Assembly (NCBI GenBank): GCA_040758355.1
Contig: JBFLWF010000006.1
Coordinates: forward strand, 45,157-109,156
Length of the DNA stretch: 64,000 nucleotides
Direction: 5' to 3'
Source of the DNA: Nitrospirota bacterium
GTDB lineage: Bacteria > Nitrospirota > Thermodesulfovibrionia > Thermodesulfovibrionales > Dissulfurispiraceae
Made by a program: the position numbers and the translations under genes. The notes beneath the pieces are model-generated. The model did no database searches. It was not told where the DNA came from and saw nothing but the letters and a program-made list of their open reading frames with translations. The first letter of the stretch is position 1; each line of letters begins with the position of its first letter. This document shows, in pieces, positions 30,010-41,040 of the stretch.

Positions 30010-31254
30010 ATGCCAGACGTTAATCGAATATTAGTTGTCGGAGGCGGCTTTAGCGGTCTGACGACTGCTGTTGATGCAGCAGAGACAGGCGCTGAAGTGG
30101 TAGTGATAGAAAAGAACCCGTATTTGGGCGGACGGGTTGCACAGCTTAACAAATACTTTCCGAAGCTCTGCCCGCCGATCTGCGGCCTCGAGATTAATTT
30201 CAGAAGGATCAAGACCAATGCGAATATCACGTTCTACACAATGACAGAGGTTGAGAATATAAGCGGTGGCCCCGGAAACTATAATGTAACAGTAAAGGTC
30301 AGTCCCAGATATGTGAATGATAACTGTGTTGCATGCAATGCCTGTTCAGAGGCATGTCCGGCAGAGAGGCCCAATGAATACAATTTCGGCATGGATAAGA
30401 CAAAGGCTGCATATCTTCCTTTTAATCAGGCATTTCCGCAGAAGTATGTGATTGATTCTAATTACTGTAAGGGTGACTGCGGAAAGGCGTGTAAGGATGC
30501 ATGTAAGTACAATGCCATTGACCTTGATATGAAGCCGGAGACAATAAATCTGAATGTCGGTTCGATAGTTGTTGCAACAGGATGGAACCCATACGATGCA
30601 AATAAACTCGATTTACTCGGCTTCGGCAAAGTAAAGAATGTTATCACCAATATGATGATGGAGAGGCTTGCCTCACCCACAGGCCCGACAGCAGGCAAGA
30701 TACTGAGGCCGTCCGACGGAAGGCCTGCGCAGAATATCGCATTTGTGCAGTGTGCAGGAAGCAGGGATGAGAATCACCTGCCATTCTGCTCATATATATG
30801 CTGTTTGGCATCGCTGAAACAGACAACATACATCAGGGAGCAGAACCCTGAATCAAAGGCAACAATCTTCTATATAGACATCAGAACACCCGGCAAGTAT
30901 GAGAAGTTCTACTGGAAGGTCAAGGAAGACCAGAATGTATCATTCATTAAAGGCAAGGTCGCAGACATCGTTCAGGACGAGGGTTCCGATGATGTTGTTG
31001 TTACAGCAGAAGACATGCTGACAGGAAACAAAGTGAAGATGAAGTTCGATATGGTTGTTCTCGCAACAGGAATGGAGCCTTCAGGCGCATCCAGGAAGAT
31101 TGCCGGCGTGAATTATAACGAAAACGGTTTCGCATTGCCGGGCACAGGGATATACTCTGCCGGCTGCACCAAGAACCCCATGGATGTTGCCAGGTCAGCT
31201 CAGGACTCTACAAGTGCAGTGTTGAAGGCAATTTCGGCAGGAAAGGGGAGGTAA
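30010..31254 (+). CDS. qmoA: QmoA (HdrA-like flavoprotein)
   Basis: HdrA motifs (YFPKLCPP, QCAGSRD); position after aprBA. Confidence 0.93.
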   Translation: MPDVNRILVVGGGFSGLTTAVDAAETGAEVVVIEKNPYLGGRVAQLNKYFPKLCPPICGLEINFRRIKTNANITFYTMTEVENISGGPGNYNVTVKVSPRYVNDNCVACNACSEACPAERPNEYNFGMDKTKAAYLPFNQAFPQKYVIDSNYCKGDCGKACKDACKYNAIDLDMKPETINLNVGSIVVATGWNPYDANKLDLLGFGKVKNVITNMMMERLASPTGPTAGKILRPSDGRPAQNIAFVQCAGSRDENHLPFCSYICCLASLKQTTYIREQNPESKATIFYIDIRTPGKYEKFYWKVKEDQNVSFIKGKVADIVQDEGSDDVVVTAEDMLTGNKVKMKFDMVVLATGMEPSGASRKIAGVNYNENGFALPGTGIYSAGCTKNPMDVARSAQDSTSAVLKAISAGKGR

Positions 31255-31260
31255 TCGAAA

Positions 31261-33411
31261 ATGGACAAGAATATAGGACTTTATATATGCACAGGATGCT
31301 CCATAGGAGAATCCATTGATGTAGAAAAATCAATCAATATCGCAAAAAATGCCTTAAGGGTTCCGATAGTTAAGTCCCATTTTGCCCTGTGCGGCAAGGA
31401 AGGCATAGAGCTTATAAACAACGATATCAAGAATGAAGGCGTTAACACAGTAGTTATTGCTGCATGCTCTCAGAGGGTCAAATACGAGGAGTTTGACTTC
31501 CCAGGATGCATTGTCGAAAGGGCGCCTTTGAGGGAGCTTGCTGTATGGACTCAGGACGGCAAAGAGAATGCGCAGCTTGCAGCAGAAGACTATGTTAAGA
31601 TGCATGTAATCAAGGCACAGAAGGGAGACCTACCAGAGCCTTATATGATGGAGACTGTGAAAACCATTCTCGTTATCGGAGGCGGTATCACAGGAATGAC
31701 AGCAGCACTTCAGGCAGCAGATGCAGGCTACAATGTTTCCCTCGTTGAAAAAGAACCCCAGTTAGGCGGGTTTGCCAATAAATTATACAAGGTTGTTCCA
31801 ACTGCTCCTGGCGAATACAGCGAGCCACTTATTGTTGATCCTGACATAGACAAGACAATCAAGGCAGTGGAAAGTCATCCGAATATAAAGGTTTACAAAT
31901 CATCAAAGGTCGAAAAGACAGACGGCCAGCCGGGTGCATACGATGTTACCATATCTTCAAACGGCAGTTCCGAGGTCGTAAAGATCGGCACAATTGTCCT
32001 TGCAGCAGGCTGGAGGCCTTACGATGCCGCAAAGCTCGAACATCTTGGCTATGGTGTTTCAAAGGATGTTGTCACCAATATAGAGCTTGAGGAAATTGCT
32101 AAGAAGAACAACGGCAAGATACTAAGGCCATCGGACGGCAAAGAGGCAAAGAAGGTAGCCTTTATACAGTGCGCAGGACAGAGGGATCCGAATCATCTGC
32201 CCTACTGCTCAGCAATGTGCTGTACAACATCATTAAAGCAGGCAAAATATGTAGCACAGAATTCCGATGCAACAGCAATGATTCTCTATAAAGATATCAG
32301 AACACCCGGAAGGCTTGAGTATTACTACAAGGCTGCACAGAACGACCCCGGCGTAATGATGACAAAGGGAGATGTAACAGGAGTTGCTGACGCTGGAAAC
32401 GGAAATCTCCATGTGGAGATGGAAAACAGCCTGCTCGGGCAGAAGGTAAAGATCGAGGCAGACCTTGTTGTCTTGGCAACAGGCGTTGTCCCAGCAACAG
32501 TGGATGACCCTATACTGAATCTCCAGTACAGACAGGGTCCCGGCCTTCCAGACCTTGAACTCTACGATGGATTTGCAGACTCCAACTTCATCTGCTTCCA
32601 GTATGAAACAAGGAGAACAGGCGTCTACGCAGCAGGCTGCGTAAGACAGCCCATGAATATGTCAGAGGCACAGGAGGATGCAACAGGCGCAGCACTCAAG
32701 GCAATACAGGCTGCAGAGCATGTGGCCAAAGGCATTGCTGTTCATCCGAGGGCATGGGATATGACCTATCCTGATCCGTTCATGCAGAGGTGTACAGCAT
32801 GTAAGAGGTGTACAGAGGAGTGCCCGTTCGGCGCAATAGATGAAGACGAAAAGGGAACACCGTTCTATAAGCCGGGCAGGTGCAGAAGGTGTGCAACATG
32901 TATGGGTGCATGTCCTGAAAGAATCGTTTCATTCAAAGATTATCATGTGGATATGATAGGCTCGATGATGAAGAATGTCTCTGTCCCTTCAGAGGACGAC
33001 AAGCCGAGGATAATTGTCCTTGCATGCGAAAACGACGCATATCCTGCAATCGATACAGCGGCATTAAAACAGATGAAGATAGACTCAGCAGTGAGGTTTA
33101 TACAGCTCAGATGTCTTGGTTCGACAAACCTCGTATGGGTTGCAGACGCCCTCTCAAGGGGAATCGACGGAATGCTCCTTTTAGGCTGCAAGTTCGGTGA
33201 GAATTATCAGTGCCACTTTGCAAAGGGCAGCGAGCTCGCAAACTACAGGCTCGGAAAGGTTCAGGAAACACTCGGCAGGCTTCAGCTCGAATCCGAAAGG
33301 GTTCAGATGATCCAGCTTGCAATAGACGAGTATGACAATATACCGAAGATTATCGGCGACTTTGTAGAAAGGGTCAAAGAAATAGGACCCAACCCATTCA
33401 AAGGATTTTAG
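31261..33411 (+). CDS. qmoB: QmoB (HdrA + MvhD domain)
   Basis: HdrA-like domain plus C-terminal ACENDAYPA...CHF MvhD domain. Confidence 0.93.
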   Translation: MDKNIGLYICTGCSIGESIDVEKSINIAKNALRVPIVKSHFALCGKEGIELINNDIKNEGVNTVVIAACSQRVKYEEFDFPGCIVERAPLRELAVWTQDGKENAQLAAEDYVKMHVIKAQKGDLPEPYMMETVKTILVIGGGITGMTAALQAADAGYNVSLVEKEPQLGGFANKLYKVVPTAPGEYSEPLIVDPDIDKTIKAVESHPNIKVYKSSKVEKTDGQPGAYDVTISSNGSSEVVKIGTIVLAAGWRPYDAAKLEHLGYGVSKDVVTNIELEEIAKKNNGKILRPSDGKEAKKVAFIQCAGQRDPNHLPYCSAMCCTTSLKQAKYVAQNSDATAMILYKDIRTPGRLEYYYKAAQNDPGVMMTKGDVTGVADAGNGNLHVEMENSLLGQKVKIEADLVVLATGVVPATVDDPILNLQYRQGPGLPDLELYDGFADSNFICFQYETRRTGVYAAGCVRQPMNMSEAQEDATGAALKAIQAAEHVAKGIAVHPRAWDMTYPDPFMQRCTACKRCTEECPFGAIDEDEKGTPFYKPGRCRRCATCMGACPERIVSFKDYHVDMIGSMMKNVSVPSEDDKPRIIVLACENDAYPAIDTAALKQMKIDSAVRFIQLRCLGSTNLVWVADALSRGIDGMLLLGCKFGENYQCHFAKGSELANYRLGKVQETLGRLQLESERVQMIQLAIDEYDNIPKIIGDFVERVKEIGPNPFKGF

Positions 33412-33485
33412 TGCAAAATCCGAAACCCGAATTTCGAAATTCGAATTTTGGATTTAGAATTTGTTTATATAAGGAGGAAATATAG

Positions 33486-34616
33486 ATGGCAGAACAGATA
33501 ATGACACAGGTAATAAGTCCGGATTTAAAATTTGTTAAAGATATCCTGGCCTCTGGAGGCGAGGATTTAAAGAAGTGCTACCAGTGCTCAACCTGCACTG
33601 TTGTTTGCAATGTAACACCCGACAATAAACCATTCCCGAGAAAAGAGATGATGTACGCACAGTGGGGAATGAAGGACAAACTCATAAGCAATCCAGACAT
33701 CTGGTTGTGCCACCAGTGCAGCGACTGCACAGCCAATTGCCCGAGGGGAGCAAAACCGGGAGAGGTGATCGGTGCGGTAAGGAAGCTTGCAATCCAGCAT
33801 TATTCGCCGACCCCTCTGTCTAAGATGGTGGGCGACCCGAAGTATCTCTTGATACTCTTTGCCATACCTGTTTTGCTGTTCCTCTCTTATATAGTGCCGA
33901 AAGGCTATCTCGATTTTTCCGCCATTCCGAGGGGTGAAGACGGCGGCATAGTATATTCCAAATTTATGCCTGTATTCCCGCAGATAGATGTAACATTTGG
34001 GGCGGCTGCATTTTTTGCTGCGGTCTGCTTTGTGCTCGGTATAAAGAAATATTGGTCAGAGATGAGTGCAGGAGTGGGGGCTCAGGGCAATCTGGCAGAC
34101 AGCATAAAGACGACAATTACCGAGATACTTGCCCACAAGAGATTCGAAAAGTGTAATGTAACAAAAGACAGAAAGACCGCACACCTTCTGGTGTTCTATG
34201 CATTTATCGGTCTTGCAATAACAACAACATTGGCAATTGTTTATCTTTACGGATTCCATTACGAATCTCCATATCCTTTATACGACCCTCTTAAGCTCAT
34301 TGGAAATATAAGCGCCCTCGCACTGCTCTATGGAATAACCCTTGTAACCGGCAATAGATTAAAGAATGCAGAGAAGGCAGGAAAGGGAAGCTACTTTGAC
34401 TGGCTTTTTATCACGGTTGTATATGGCATCGTGGTTACAGGTATACTTGCCGAACTTTTAAGGCTCGCAAACATAGCCATACTCGCATATCCTACATACT
34501 TTGCGCATCTGGTATTTGTCTTCTTCCTGTTTGCATACGCACCATTCTCTAAGATGGCGCATATGGTTTACAGGGCGACTGCAATGGTATATGCAAGACA
34601 TACAAAGAGAGACTGA
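33486..34616 (+). CDS. qmoC: QmoC (HdrC-like FeS + membrane cytochrome b)
   Basis: CYQCSTC, CHQCSDC, TM helices, PFSKMAH. Confidence 0.93.
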   Translation: MAEQIMTQVISPDLKFVKDILASGGEDLKKCYQCSTCTVVCNVTPDNKPFPRKEMMYAQWGMKDKLISNPDIWLCHQCSDCTANCPRGAKPGEVIGAVRKLAIQHYSPTPLSKMVGDPKYLLILFAIPVLLFLSYIVPKGYLDFSAIPRGEDGGIVYSKFMPVFPQIDVTFGAAAFFAAVCFVLGIKKYWSEMSAGVGAQGNLADSIKTTITEILAHKRFEKCNVTKDRKTAHLLVFYAFIGLAITTTLAIVYLYGFHYESPYPLYDPLKLIGNISALALLYGITLVTGNRLKNAEKAGKGSYFDWLFITVVYGIVVTGILAELLRLANIAILAYPTYFAHLVFVFFLFAYAPFSKMAHMVYRATAMVYARHTKRD

Positions 34617-34747
34617 GGCAATAAAGGCCATAAATTATTTTAAGTCTAAGATTGTAAGGAGGTGAAAGAGACTTCAAGGCTAAAGGTCAGGGACAAAGAA
34701 GTGTTAGTTGTAAAAACCAAATTTTATAGAAGGAGGAGAGGGAAGAA

Positions 34748-36784
34748 ATGAGTTCAATAATTCTCTTTGCCCTTGTTTGCGGCGCACTGGGAGTAGCATA
34801 TGCCCTGATGACCGCAGCATGGGTCACAAAGCAGGACAGTGGAACAGACCGCATGAGAGAGATTTCCGATGCGGTCAAAGAAGGTGCAACAGCATTCCTC
34901 AGAAGGGAGTACAAGACAGTTGCTATAGTCGGAGTCATTCTTGCGGTTGTATTGCTCTATCTCGGCGTATGGACATCGATCGGATTTGTTATCGGTGCAG
35001 TTGGTTCAGCTCTTGCCGGCTATATCGGCATGATGGTCACAGTCAGGGCAAATGTCAGGACAACAGAGGCTGCAAAGAAGGGAATTCAGGCAGCATTGAC
35101 CGTGGCATTTAAGGGCGGTGCAGTTACAGGAATCATGGTTGTCGGCCTTGGATTGCTCGGTATTGCAGGATACTATCTTGTAGCAAAACAGGCAGCAGGC
35201 GAAGAGGCATTTCATGCGCTCATAGGACTCGGATTTGGATGCTCCCTCATGAGCGTCTTTGCCCGTATAGCAGGCGGTATTTACACAAAGGCCGCTGACG
35301 TGGGCGCAGACCTTGTGGGCAAGGTCGAGGCAGGAATTCCAGAGGACGATCCGAGAAACCCTGCAGTTATCGCAGACAACGTTGGCGACAACGTTGGTGA
35401 CTGCGCAGGAATGGCAGCAGACCTCTATGAGACATACACAGTTACACTCGTTGCAGCAATGCTCCTTGCAAAGACAGTCTTTGGAGCGCAGAGCATGTGG
35501 GTTGAATTCCCGCTCCTTATCGGCGGCATCTCGATTGTTGCATCGATTATAGGAACATATTTTGTTAAGCTTGGAAAGAGCCAGTACATCATGGGTGCAC
35601 TTTACAAAGGCCTTGCAGTATCAGGCATACTCGCTGCAATAGCCTTCTACTTTGCATCACAGTGGTTCCTTGGTATTCCGGGCGTTGAGCAGGCATTCAC
35701 AGCAACAGGCGTATTCACGACAGCACTTATCGGACTCATACTCACAGGCCTGATTGTTATGATCACAGAGTACTTCACATCCAAGAGCTTTAATCCTGTT
35801 AAACACATAGCAGCAGCAAGCCAGACAGGACATGGAACAAACGTTATCGCGGGTCTTGCTGTGAGCATGAAGTCAACAGGTCTTCCGGCACTTGTCATCT
35901 CCGGCGCCATTTTGTGGGCATACTCCCTCGGCGGCGGATTTGCAGGCAATGCCGGCGGCGGGCTTTTTGCAATAGCACTCTCAGCAGTTGCAATGCTCTC
36001 GATGACAGGTATTGTTGTTGCAATCGACTCATACGGGCCGATAACAGACAATGCCGGTGGCATAGCTGAAATGGCTGAGCTTCCTGACAGCGTCAGGGCA
36101 GTTACAGACCCCCTCGATGCAGTGGGTAATACAACAAAGGCAGTTACAAAGGGATATGCAATAGGCTCGGCAGGTCTTGCAGCACTGGTTCTCTTTGCAG
36201 AATACTCAAGGTCATTCGGCGAGGCAATTGCATTCGACCTTTCAAACCCTAAGATCATCGTAGGACTCTTCATCGGTGGTCTCCTGCCGTACTTCTTCGG
36301 CGCTCTCCTCATGGAGGCTGTTGGAAAGGCTGCTGGAGGAGTTGTTGAAGAGGTGAGAAGGCAGTTCAGGGAAATCCCGGGAATCATGGAAGGGAAGGCA
36401 AAGCCCGAGTACGGAACATGCGTTGACATAGTTACAAAGGGCGCAATCAGACAGATGATGGTTCCTGCCCTTATTCCTGTTGCAGCGCCAATTTTAGTTG
36501 GTCTTCTTCTCGGCAAAGAGGCCCTCGGCGGTGTGCTCATCGGCAGCATTATCACCGGTCTCTTCCAGGCAATCGCAATGACAAGCGGCGGCGGTGCATG
36601 GGACAATGCAAAGAAGTTTATAGAAGACGGTGCTTACGGCGGAAAGAAATCCGATGCGCACAAGGCAGCAGTCACGGGTGATACAGTCGGCGATCCTTAC
36701 AAGGATACAGCAGGACCTGCAATCAACCCGATGATCAAGGTCGTAAATATCGTGGCACTGCTTATAGTTCCGCTGATAAAATAG
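34748..36784 (+). CDS. hppA: Membrane H+-translocating pyrophosphatase, K+-independent type
   Basis: [26 protein letters not shown] (the Lys marks the K+-independent class). Confidence 0.93.
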   Translation: MSSIILFALVCGALGVAYALMTAAWVTKQDSGTDRMREISDAVKEGATAFLRREYKTVAIVGVILAVVLLYLGVWTSIGFVIGAVGSALAGYIGMMVTVRANVRTTEAAKKGIQAALTVAFKGGAVTGIMVVGLGLLGIAGYYLVAKQAAGEEAFHALIGLGFGCSLMSVFARIAGGIYTKAADVGADLVGKVEAGIPEDDPRNPAVIADNVGDNVGDCAGMAADLYETYTVTLVAAMLLAKTVFGAQSMWVEFPLLIGGISIVASIIGTYFVKLGKSQYIMGALYKGLAVSGILAAIAFYFASQWFLGIPGVEQAFTATGVFTTALIGLILTGLIVMITEYFTSKSFNPVKHIAAASQTGHGTNVIAGLAVSMKSTGLPALVISGAILWAYSLGGGFAGNAGGGLFAIALSAVAMLSMTGIVVAIDSYGPITDNAGGIAEMAELPDSVRAVTDPLDAVGNTTKAVTKGYAIGSAGLAALVLFAEYSRSFGEAIAFDLSNPKIIVGLFIGGLLPYFFGALLMEAVGKAAGGVVEEVRRQFREIPGIMEGKAKPEYGTCVDIVTKGAIRQMMVPALIPVAAPILVGLLLGKEALGGVLIGSIITGLFQAIAMTSGGGAWDNAKKFIEDGAYGGKKSDAHKAAVTGDTVGDPYKDTAGPAINPMIKVVNIVALLIVPLIK

Positions 36785-36797
36785 TCTTAAGAAAATC

Positions 36798-36832
36798 AAA
36801 GGCCGACAGAGTTTCCTCTGTCGGCCTTTTTT
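36798..36832 (+). terminator. Rho-independent terminator
   Basis: aaaggccgacagag-tttc-ctctgtcggcc followed by a T-tract. Confidence 0.9.
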
Positions 36833-36875
36833 ATTGTTTAAAAACAGAAACACCTTATCAACAGACCATCCTTCA

Positions 36876-36919
36876 AATTATGGAATTCGTTCCATAATTA
36901 TGGAATAGATTCCATAATT
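36876..36919. promoter_or_regulatory. Two abutting palindromes TTATGGAA-N4-TTCCATAA (candidate enhancer)
   Basis: Seen directly, ~70 bp upstream of a sigma54 site. Confidence 0.65.
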
Positions 36920-36987
36920 AATTGTATCCGTAGAATGCTCCCAGAAAAAAACACTTGCAAAACAAAGGGATTTATTATGTCAGGATG

Positions 36988-37003
36988 TGGTATCAGTTTT
37001 GCT
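36988..37003 (+). promoter_or_regulatory. sigma54 promoter
   Basis: TGGTATCAGTTTTGCT. Confidence 0.75.
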
Positions 37004-37085
37004 AAAAATAAATAATGTTCTTAACGATTCTCAAAGAAGTATAAAAATATATTTTCAAAACTATCAAAAGGAGATAAAATCTGAC

Positions 37086-37454
37086 ATGGACAATAAAAAG
37101 ATCCTTGTGGTGGAGGATAATGAGAAAAACCGGGTATTGGTAAGGGATATCCTGCGGTACTACGGCTATGATGTTATAGAGGCAATAGACGGCGAGAAAG
37201 GAATAAAAATGGCAAAGGAGCAGAGTCCTGACCTGATACTTATGGACATGCAGATGCCTGTCATGGATGGATTTAATGCAATAAAGATGCTTAAAAACGA
37301 CCCTGACACCAAGCACATAAAGATAATTGCAGTGACATCCTATGCAATGAAGGGTGACAGGGAGAGGATTATCAAGGCAGGGGCGGATGATTATATGGCG
37401 AAACCTTTAGATACCAGGGAATTGCCGCGGATAATACAAAGGCTCTTGTTCTGA
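37086..37454 (+). CDS. Single-domain response regulator (DivK-like)
   Basis: VVEDN, LMDMQMP, TSYAM, KP. Confidence 0.88.
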   Translation: MDNKKILVVEDNEKNRVLVRDILRYYGYDVIEAIDGEKGIKMAKEQSPDLILMDMQMPVMDGFNAIKMLKNDPDTKHIKIIAVTSYAMKGDRERIIKAGADDYMAKPLDTRELPRIIQRLLF

Positions 37455-37465
37455 CAAAGAACACC

Positions 37466-38307
37466 ATGGTTACACCGGGCATGGATATCGACAGAAAGAC
37501 CGACAACCTCCACGCCCTCCTTGAGTATGTCAGGGAGTTGAGGGCAATAGATTTCAATGCTCACAGGCCGGGCACAATAAGGCGGCGCCTCCATCTCAGG
37601 CTTTCCGCAACAGGGATGCCGGATTATGCCTCCTACCATAAATATCTCATGGAAAACCCGGGAGAGATTGATCCCTTATAGATTCCCTTACCATAAAGGT
37701 AAGTTATTTCTTCAGGAACCCTTTTGTATTTGAGGCCCTCCATGAATTCGTCCTTCCCGAGATCCTGGATGCTTTTAAGGATGATACCTTAAGGATATGG
37801 TGTGCAGGGTGTGCGAGGGGGGAAGAGCCTTATTCTATTGCCATACTTCTTAAGGAGTTTATTAAAAAAGAGGAGTTGTCTCCAAAGATATTCATTATAG
37901 GCACAGATATAGACAGGCAGGCACTGAAAGATGCAGGGGAGGCTATATACAGCGCCGAATCACTTTCAGAGATTAAGAAAGGTTACCTTGACAGATATTT
38001 CTCCCGTAAGGACGGTCTTTACAGGCTGAGCGAAGAAATCCGGTCAATGGTGACATTCGCCTATCATGATGTTGCAACCTTATCTACTCCAAAGGATGGT
38101 ATATTTTCGGACTATCACCTCATATTTTGCCGGAATGTCCTCATATATTTTGAGAAGGACACCTGTAAGAATGTCTTAAACAGCCTTTCAGGTTTTATTT
38201 TAAAAAGCGGCTATCTTGCATTGGGAGAGGCTGAAGCCATGCCTTCGGAACTCATGGGCGAGTTCGAAGAGATGCTGCATAGGACAAAGCTGTTCAGGAG
38301 AGTTTAA
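37466..38307 (+). pseudogene. CheR-type methyltransferase with a single-base frameshift near 37672
   Basis: N-terminal part ends ...EIDPL*; the other frame continues IDSLTIKVSYFFRN...IWCAGCARGEEPYS...IFCRNVLIYF. Confidence 0.8.
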
Positions 38308-41027
38308 TGAAGGAGTGGATATTAAAAAAGAGGCGGAGGGTTATTTTTTCAGGACTCCTTATTGTTGCCATACCACTTTTGAGTCTCGCTTTATTCGTTC
38401 ATTTTAAAGTAACTGCAACCCTCGAAGAAAGAATAATAAGGGAAAATAAAGGGCTTGCTACAATTGCTGCCCACAGTATAGAGGAGAGGCTGAAGAGCGA
38501 TATAGAGTTGGGCAGGGCATATGCAACAAGGCCGTATCTTTTGGCAGGAGTAAAGAGGGGCGACAAGAAGGAAATGGACAGGCACCTTAAGATTCTCATA
38601 GATAACTCCCACACCATAGAGCGTGCATTCATAACAGATCCCAAAGGCGTTCAGCTTTCCAATTATCCTTATACACCGGAGACAATAGGCAAGGATTTTT
38701 CTGCCAGGGACTGGTATAAAGGGGTATCCAAAAACTGGACTTCCTACGTCTCGGAGTTTTATATGAGGATGGCACAGCCCCAGAGGTACCTTTTCTCAAT
38801 AGCAGTCCCCATGAGATTGGAGGGAGGCATTATAGGAATACTCGTATTGCAGCCTAAGGATGATTATATAAAGTACGCCATAGGCAGAATAGATAACTGG
38901 AAGGGCAGGATATATGTGGTGGATAAGAAAGGCAATCTTGTCTACCACTCGCAGCATGCCGTGGACAGGATTATAAATCTCTACAGTATTTCTGCAGTAC
39001 AAAAGGTGATAAAGGGTCTCGAAGGAGTTGAAAGAATATTGGACCCTCAGAGCAAAGAGCCTATAATTTCAGCATATCATCCCCTTGCTGAATTCGGCTG
39101 GGGTATTGTTGCTGAAAAGCCAGAGGCTGTTGCTCTTGCCCCTGTTAAAAAGGTGACCTTCTATCTCATTGCTGTTACCGGGCTGATGCTATCCATCGGA
39201 GGATTTTTTGCCTACAAAGGGGCCGAGCTTCTAATTTCTTCACAACGCCTGACAGATGAGCTTAAAAACAGGGAAATATCCGAGAAGGTATACACGGATT
39301 TCCTTGTCCTCCTTAACAGGCAGTTTTCGAGCATCGATGAATTATGCGATGCATCCCTCAAAAAATTGAGCGAGCACGCATACATGGACGCAGGAATATT
39401 TTATGTCCTCGAAGAAAGAAAACTCATTCCTTATGCCAGTTTTGCAGTTCAGAAGCCTGAGACGATCGGCGGGCTTTCCTATGAATGCATAACTCAGAAA
39501 AGAATACTCGGGCTTAAAGATATTCCGTCTGATACATACCTGAAAGTAAATACAGGCATGGGCATCTTACTGCCCAGGGACATCATCGCCATTCCTTTAA
39601 TTTATAAGGGTGAGCCTGTAGCTGCGCTTGAATTGGCTTCTTTAAAGGGTTTTGAGGAAAGGAATATTGCCAACCTCGAACGGATGGCATCACAGTTGGC
39701 TATAGGTGCGCAAACAATCAAGGATCATCTTGCCCTGAAGTCACTTTCAGAGGAACTTTCCCGCTCCAACGAGGAGCTTCAGGCAATGAACGAAGAACTC
39801 CAGTCGATGAATGAAGAGGTTCATGCAATGAACGAAGAGCTTCAGGCACAGCAAAAAGAGCTTATGGAGGCCAATTTCAAGCTTGCCGAGGCATCAAAGG
39901 CAAAGTCAGACTTCCTTGCAAATATGAGCCATGAATTAAGGACACCACTTAACTCTATCCTCGGCTTTTCGGAGATACTCACGGATGAGCTTTACGGAAA
40001 ACTCAATGAAAAGCAGCAGGAGTATGTAAAGGATATTCATAGCAGCGGCAAGCATCTGCTTAATCTCATCAATGATATCCTCGATCTCTCCAAGGTCGAA
40101 TCCGGCAAGATGGAGCTTGAGCCATGCAGTTTTCCCTTAAGAGATGTTCTCAATGCATCAATTGCAATGCTCAAGGAAAAGGCAATCAAGCACAACATAA
40201 AACTGGGCCTCGAAATAGAACCCGAAGCCGATACCGTTATCGAGGCTGATGAGAGGAAGCTGAAGCAGATAATGTTTAACCTTTTGAGCAATGCGGTAAA
40301 GTTCACGCAGGACGGAGGAAGTGTAAGCGTGCAAGCGCGGAAAGTCGGCAGTCAGCACGAAACGGATTTTATTGAAATATCTGTTATCGACACAGGTATC
40401 GGAATAAAAAGCGAGGATGTGCCGAGGCTCTTCAAGGAGTTCACACAACTTGAATCGCCATATGACAAGCGTTACGAAGGTACAGGCCTCGGGCTTGCCC
40501 TGACAAGAAGGCTTGTGGAGCTTCACGGAGGAAAGACATGGGTCGAAAGCGAATTCGGCAAGGGAAGTAAATTCACATTCGCCATACCAGTTAAACAGCC
40601 TGTCAAGCCCGAGATTGTCCTAACTGCACAGGATATGCATGAAAAGAAAAAACCAGCAGACAGGCGTATACTCGTTATCGAGGACGATCCCAAAACACTG
40701 GATATTGTGGAGAAGGCGCTTGCTGCCGGAGGGTATAGCATTGTCAAAACATCCAGTGGAAGTGAGGGACTGGAGGCTGTAAAGAGGGATTTGCCAGACC
40801 TTATAGTGCTTGACCTTATGATGCCGGACATGAGCGGTTTTGATGTGGCCGATATTTTGAGCATGGACAAGAAGACAGCAGATATTCCAATAATTGTTTT
40901 AACGGCAATGGACCTTTCATTCGATGATAAAAAGAGGATCGAGGGCAAGGTAAGACATATATATGAAAAGGGAGGACTTACGAGGGAAATGTTTATGGAT
41001 AAAGTTAAAAGGGTGCTGGAGAAATAG
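38307..41027 (+). CDS. Hybrid sensor histidine kinase (Cache, GAF, coiled coil, HisKA, HATPase, REC)
   Basis: FLANMSHELRTPL, NLLSNAVKF, GTGLGL, C-terminal REC. Confidence 0.92.
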   Translation: MKEWILKKRRRVIFSGLLIVAIPLLSLALFVHFKVTATLEERIIRENKGLATIAAHSIEERLKSDIELGRAYATRPYLLAGVKRGDKKEMDRHLKILIDNSHTIERAFITDPKGVQLSNYPYTPETIGKDFSARDWYKGVSKNWTSYVSEFYMRMAQPQRYLFSIAVPMRLEGGIIGILVLQPKDDYIKYAIGRIDNWKGRIYVVDKKGNLVYHSQHAVDRIINLYSISAVQKVIKGLEGVERILDPQSKEPIISAYHPLAEFGWGIVAEKPEAVALAPVKKVTFYLIAVTGLMLSIGGFFAYKGAELLISSQRLTDELKNREISEKVYTDFLVLLNRQFSSIDELCDASLKKLSEHAYMDAGIFYVLEERKLIPYASFAVQKPETIGGLSYECITQKRILGLKDIPSDTYLKVNTGMGILLPRDIIAIPLIYKGEPVAALELASLKGFEERNIANLERMASQLAIGAQTIKDHLALKSLSEELSRSNEELQAMNEELQSMNEEVHAMNEELQAQQKELMEANFKLAEASKAKSDFLANMSHELRTPLNSILGFSEILTDELYGKLNEKQQEYVKDIHSSGKHLLNLINDILDLSKVESGKMELEPCSFPLRDVLNASIAMLKEKAIKHNIKLGLEIEPEADTVIEADERKLKQIMFNLLSNAVKFTQDGGSVSVQARKVGSQHETDFIEISVIDTGIGIKSEDVPRLFKEFTQLESPYDKRYEGTGLGLALTRRLVELHGGKTWVESEFGKGSKFTFAIPVKQPVKPEIVLTAQDMHEKKKPADRRILVIEDDPKTLDIVEKALAAGGYSIVKTSSGSEGLEAVKRDLPDLIVLDLMMPDMSGFDVADILSMDKKTADIPIIVLTAMDLSFDDKKRIEGKVRHIYEKGGLTREMFMDKVKRVLEK

Positions 41028-41040
41028 GCAGGGGGTCTTT

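Noticed and set aside
34662..34751. 29-codon GTG uORF overlapping the hppA start
   Set aside because: The GTG lies inside the SD-like GGAGGTG and has no upstream RBS of its own
35647..36606. Long antisense ORFs (also 53894-54646 and 57699-58382)
   Set aside because: Mirror-frame shadows of hppA, the kinase and the MCP
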